From a virus (taxonomy: Duplodnaviria > Caudoviricetes): 26,563 nt of DNA. Below are positions 24,833-26,563 of the stretch, piece by piece. Within the stretch, counting starts at the first letter, position 1. The number at the start of each line of letters is the position of its first letter. A model generated the notes under the pieces. The model was not told where the DNA came from. It ran no database searches and saw nothing but the letters and a program-made list of their open reading frames with translations. The translations under genes and the position numbers were made by a program. The stretch covers positions 1-26,563 of IMG/VR virus record IMGVR_UViG_3300032257_000380; one strand, written 5' to 3'.

Positions 24833-25500
24833 TCTCGCGCGCGCGCGATGCGCCGCTCATTCACTGCCTCGCGATGTGCCTCTTGCTCATCATCCGTTGC
24901 CCATCGAATAGAGCCATCAGGATCCTCATGCAGAAAGCCTGCGGTGAGGCCCATCGATCTGAGGTGAGTTGGCATTTCCTGCAGCTCGGCATGGCTCAGA
25001 GCTTTGGCCTCGGCCTTTGCCTCATCCGATGCCTCTAGCAGCGGTGGATGGTCGATGAGCTTGAGCAGTTGCTTGAGCCTGCGGATCCTGATGCGATAGT
25101 CTGCCAGGTGTCGCTCAGCCTTGGCCTGGATCACACCGAGCACTTGGCCTGGGAATTCCATCGGCTCATGCTTGGCATCCTTGGCTGCAGCGATTGCGAT
25201 CCGAGCTGGAAAGGCATCGAGAGCATCGACCATCGCAGCAGTCCAATTCTCAGCCTGGCTTTTGTCGAAATCAGGGCGGATCCTCACACCGATCATGCCG
25301 ATGTGCCTGGCAAGCTCTTGCATGTCGGCCTGGCGAGCTGCGAGCTGGATCTTGCTCATCGGGATCATGGCTTGCTCGAAACCGGCAATGGCGATCTCGA
25401 CCGATTCGCGCGATGTGTCGCGAGCGAGATCTGGCAGATCAATGCCCCATTCGATGATAGCTCGACCGATCTGCCTGGCTTGTGCGGTGTTGTCAGTCAT
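24829..25500 (-). CDS. Hypothetical protein, possible replication partner (helicase loader-like by position)
   Basis: 223 aa, GAGG SD, ATGA-coupled to the initiator. W...MVDALDAFP...EFP pattern. Confidence 0.55.
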   Translation of the reverse strand: MTDNTAQARQIGRAIIEWGIDLPDLARDTSRESVEIAIAGFEQAMIPMSKIQLAARQADMQELARHIGMIGVRIRPDFDKSQAENWTAAMVDALDAFPARIAIAAAKDAKHEPMEFPGQVLGVIQAKAERHLADYRIRIRRLKQLLKLIDHPPLLEASDEAKAEAKALSHAELQEMPTHLRSMGLTAGFLHEDPDGSIRWATDDEQEAHREAVNERRIARARE

Positions 25501-26225
25501 GATCCACCTCTCACAAAATCCCAGCCGGATCTGCCCTGGCGATCCTCTTTCAGAGGAAAGACACCAATCCAGACCTCATCGATGCTCTGCTGCAACACCG
25601 CTTCTGGTGGATGGCGATGCTCATCCCATATCCGCTCAAGTTTCTTGATCAGGCGAGCCTCACCGACCTTTGTGAGCGGCTTTTCGATCTCGATCCTGTG
25701 CTCTCGGAATGCTTGCAGCTCAGCCTCAGGCACCGAGAAAATCATATCGCCATTTGGGGGGACTATAGGGGGGGAAGCTTTAGCTTCCTTCTCAGTCTCT
25801 ATCTTTTTCTTATTCTCTATGCCATTGGTGTCGCATTGATTTTGCGTGGCGGTGCCATTGGCAGTGCTATCTAAGCGCTCTGATTCCCAACGCTTTTTCG
25901 CACCGGCTTTTCCTGCTCGTTTTTTCTTGCTCAGAGCGGTTTCGGCCTTCTGATACTCGACCAGAGCGCGCTTGACGAATAGACCGCCACCGCTTGTTTT
26001 GTGGATCTTGCCCACCTCGATCAGCAGCTCCACATGCTGCTCATAATCAGGCAGCCGCACAAAGATCATGGACAGCTTGACTGCTGGCACAGGCTCGCCC
26101 TTGTCCATGTTATAGAGGCTGATCTGCAGATAGCACCACTCGGCCAAAGGCGGCAGTGTGGCGCAGCCACCAAGCCAATCAGAGGCGCAGATATTGCAGA
26201 ATTTTGGGCGCTGATCATCGCTCAT
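25497..26225 (-). CDS. Phage replication initiator (DUF1376/YdaU-like)
   Basis: Motifs ASDWL, RAGKAGAKKRW, the low-complexity linker EKEAKASPPIVPP and C-terminal FREHR..KPLT...W.GVF. Start via an ATGA overlap. Confidence 0.75.
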   Translation of the reverse strand: MSDDQRPKFCNICASDWLGGCATLPPLAEWCYLQISLYNMDKGEPVPAVKLSMIFVRLPDYEQHVELLIEVGKIHKTSGGGLFVKRALVEYQKAETALSKKKRAGKAGAKKRWESERLDSTANGTATQNQCDTNGIENKKKIETEKEAKASPPIVPPNGDMIFSVPEAELQAFREHRIEIEKPLTKVGEARLIKKLERIWDEHRHPPEAVLQQSIDEVWIGVFPLKEDRQGRSGWDFVRGGS

Positions 26226-26449
26226 TCCACCCGCCATGCTCGCGCACCCTCGCCCTCTTTCCGCACAATGAATTTGAGGCCGTGCTTTTTGCCATATTTG
26301 TATGCGGCAGCGCGCAATGTGTCAGGTTCGATGTCAGCAAAAAAGCTCTCATCGACTTTCAATTTTGGCCAAGGATATTTCATAGGGCGGCCTGGCGACC
26401 TGCCAATGCCGCGCCCATCGGTGATAGGAATGCCTCGCTCAATTTTCAT
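26222..26449 (-). CDS. Small basic putative DNA-binding protein (75 aa)
   Basis: GGAG SD. The MKIERGIPI...KYPW..L.V.ESFF...RAWRV pattern is common in proteobacterial phages. Confidence 0.75.
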   Translation of the reverse strand: MKIERGIPITDGRGIGRSPGRPMKYPWPKLKVDESFFADIEPDTLRAAAYKYGKKHGLKFIVRKEGEGARAWRVE

Positions 26450-26470
26450 ACCAGCTCCAATTCTCGCGCC

Positions 26471-26498
26471 AGAATAAGTTAGGTTACACTTATTGCAA
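26471..26498 (-). promoter_or_regulatory. Sigma70-like promoter TTGCAA-N16-TATTCT for the replication operon
   Basis: AT-rich intergenic region upstream of the SD of the 26449 gene. Confidence 0.5.
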
Positions 26499-26563
26499 CA
26501 GGTTTATTGCGAGCCGAGCCAAATTTGATATGAGGCATGTGCTCGCTTTCTCTAGCTCCACTA

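Noticed and set aside
25755-25774. G6 and G7 runs as a second phase-variable locus
   Set aside because: The ORF is intact. The runs encode the PPIVPP motif common in phage initiator linkers.
14-26482. Many long plus-strand ORFs (e.g. 4920-5981, 9174-10217, 11254-12351, 12733-13887, 17059-17979)
   Set aside because: They are antisense shadows of clearly recognisable minus-strand genes in GC-rich DNA, with no motifs or SDs.
26507-26563. Divergent plus-strand promoter or gene start at the right edge
   Set aside because: TTGCGA-N16-TATGAG is plausible, but too little downstream sequence is present to support it.

Overview
This window is a segment of a tailed dsDNA phage or prophage with siphovirus-type tail genes. 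The host is probably alphaproteobacterial, inferred from GTA-like tail proteins, the promoter style and a CtrA-like box. Nearly all genes are on the minus strand. In transcription order (right to left) they are: a replication initiator and its partner, about ten small hypothetical genes including DUF1643, the small and large terminase, a DUF1073-type portal fused to a C-terminal Acb1-like 2H phosphoesterase, a Cys/His-rich protein, a Mu gpF-like minor head protein, an HNH-AP2 endonuclease, a DNA methyltransferase frameshifted at a C9 tract, a DUF2213 protease/scaffold, a decoration protein, a DUF2184 major capsid protein, and a protein with an E3-binding-like domain. A 5.6 kb modification cassette follows, with two SAM methyltransferases, a PRTase-HAD fusion, a sulfotransferase, two GT-A glycosyltransferases and two HNH genes. 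After it come the head-tail connectors, tail terminator, tail tube, a tail chaperone with a -1 frameshift, and the 5' part of the tape measure gene. The highlights are (1) the glycosyl/ribosyl/sulfo/methyl cassette inside the virion operon, (2) the portal-Acb1 fusion, (3) a repeated GCGAACCTA-N21-TA(A/T/G)ATTGC promoter-like element, mostly ahead of apparently leaderless genes, (4) a possibly phase-variable methyltransferase, and (5) strong ACG/CGT depletion with GATC enrichment. All family assignments come from recognising motifs by eye; no database searches were run.
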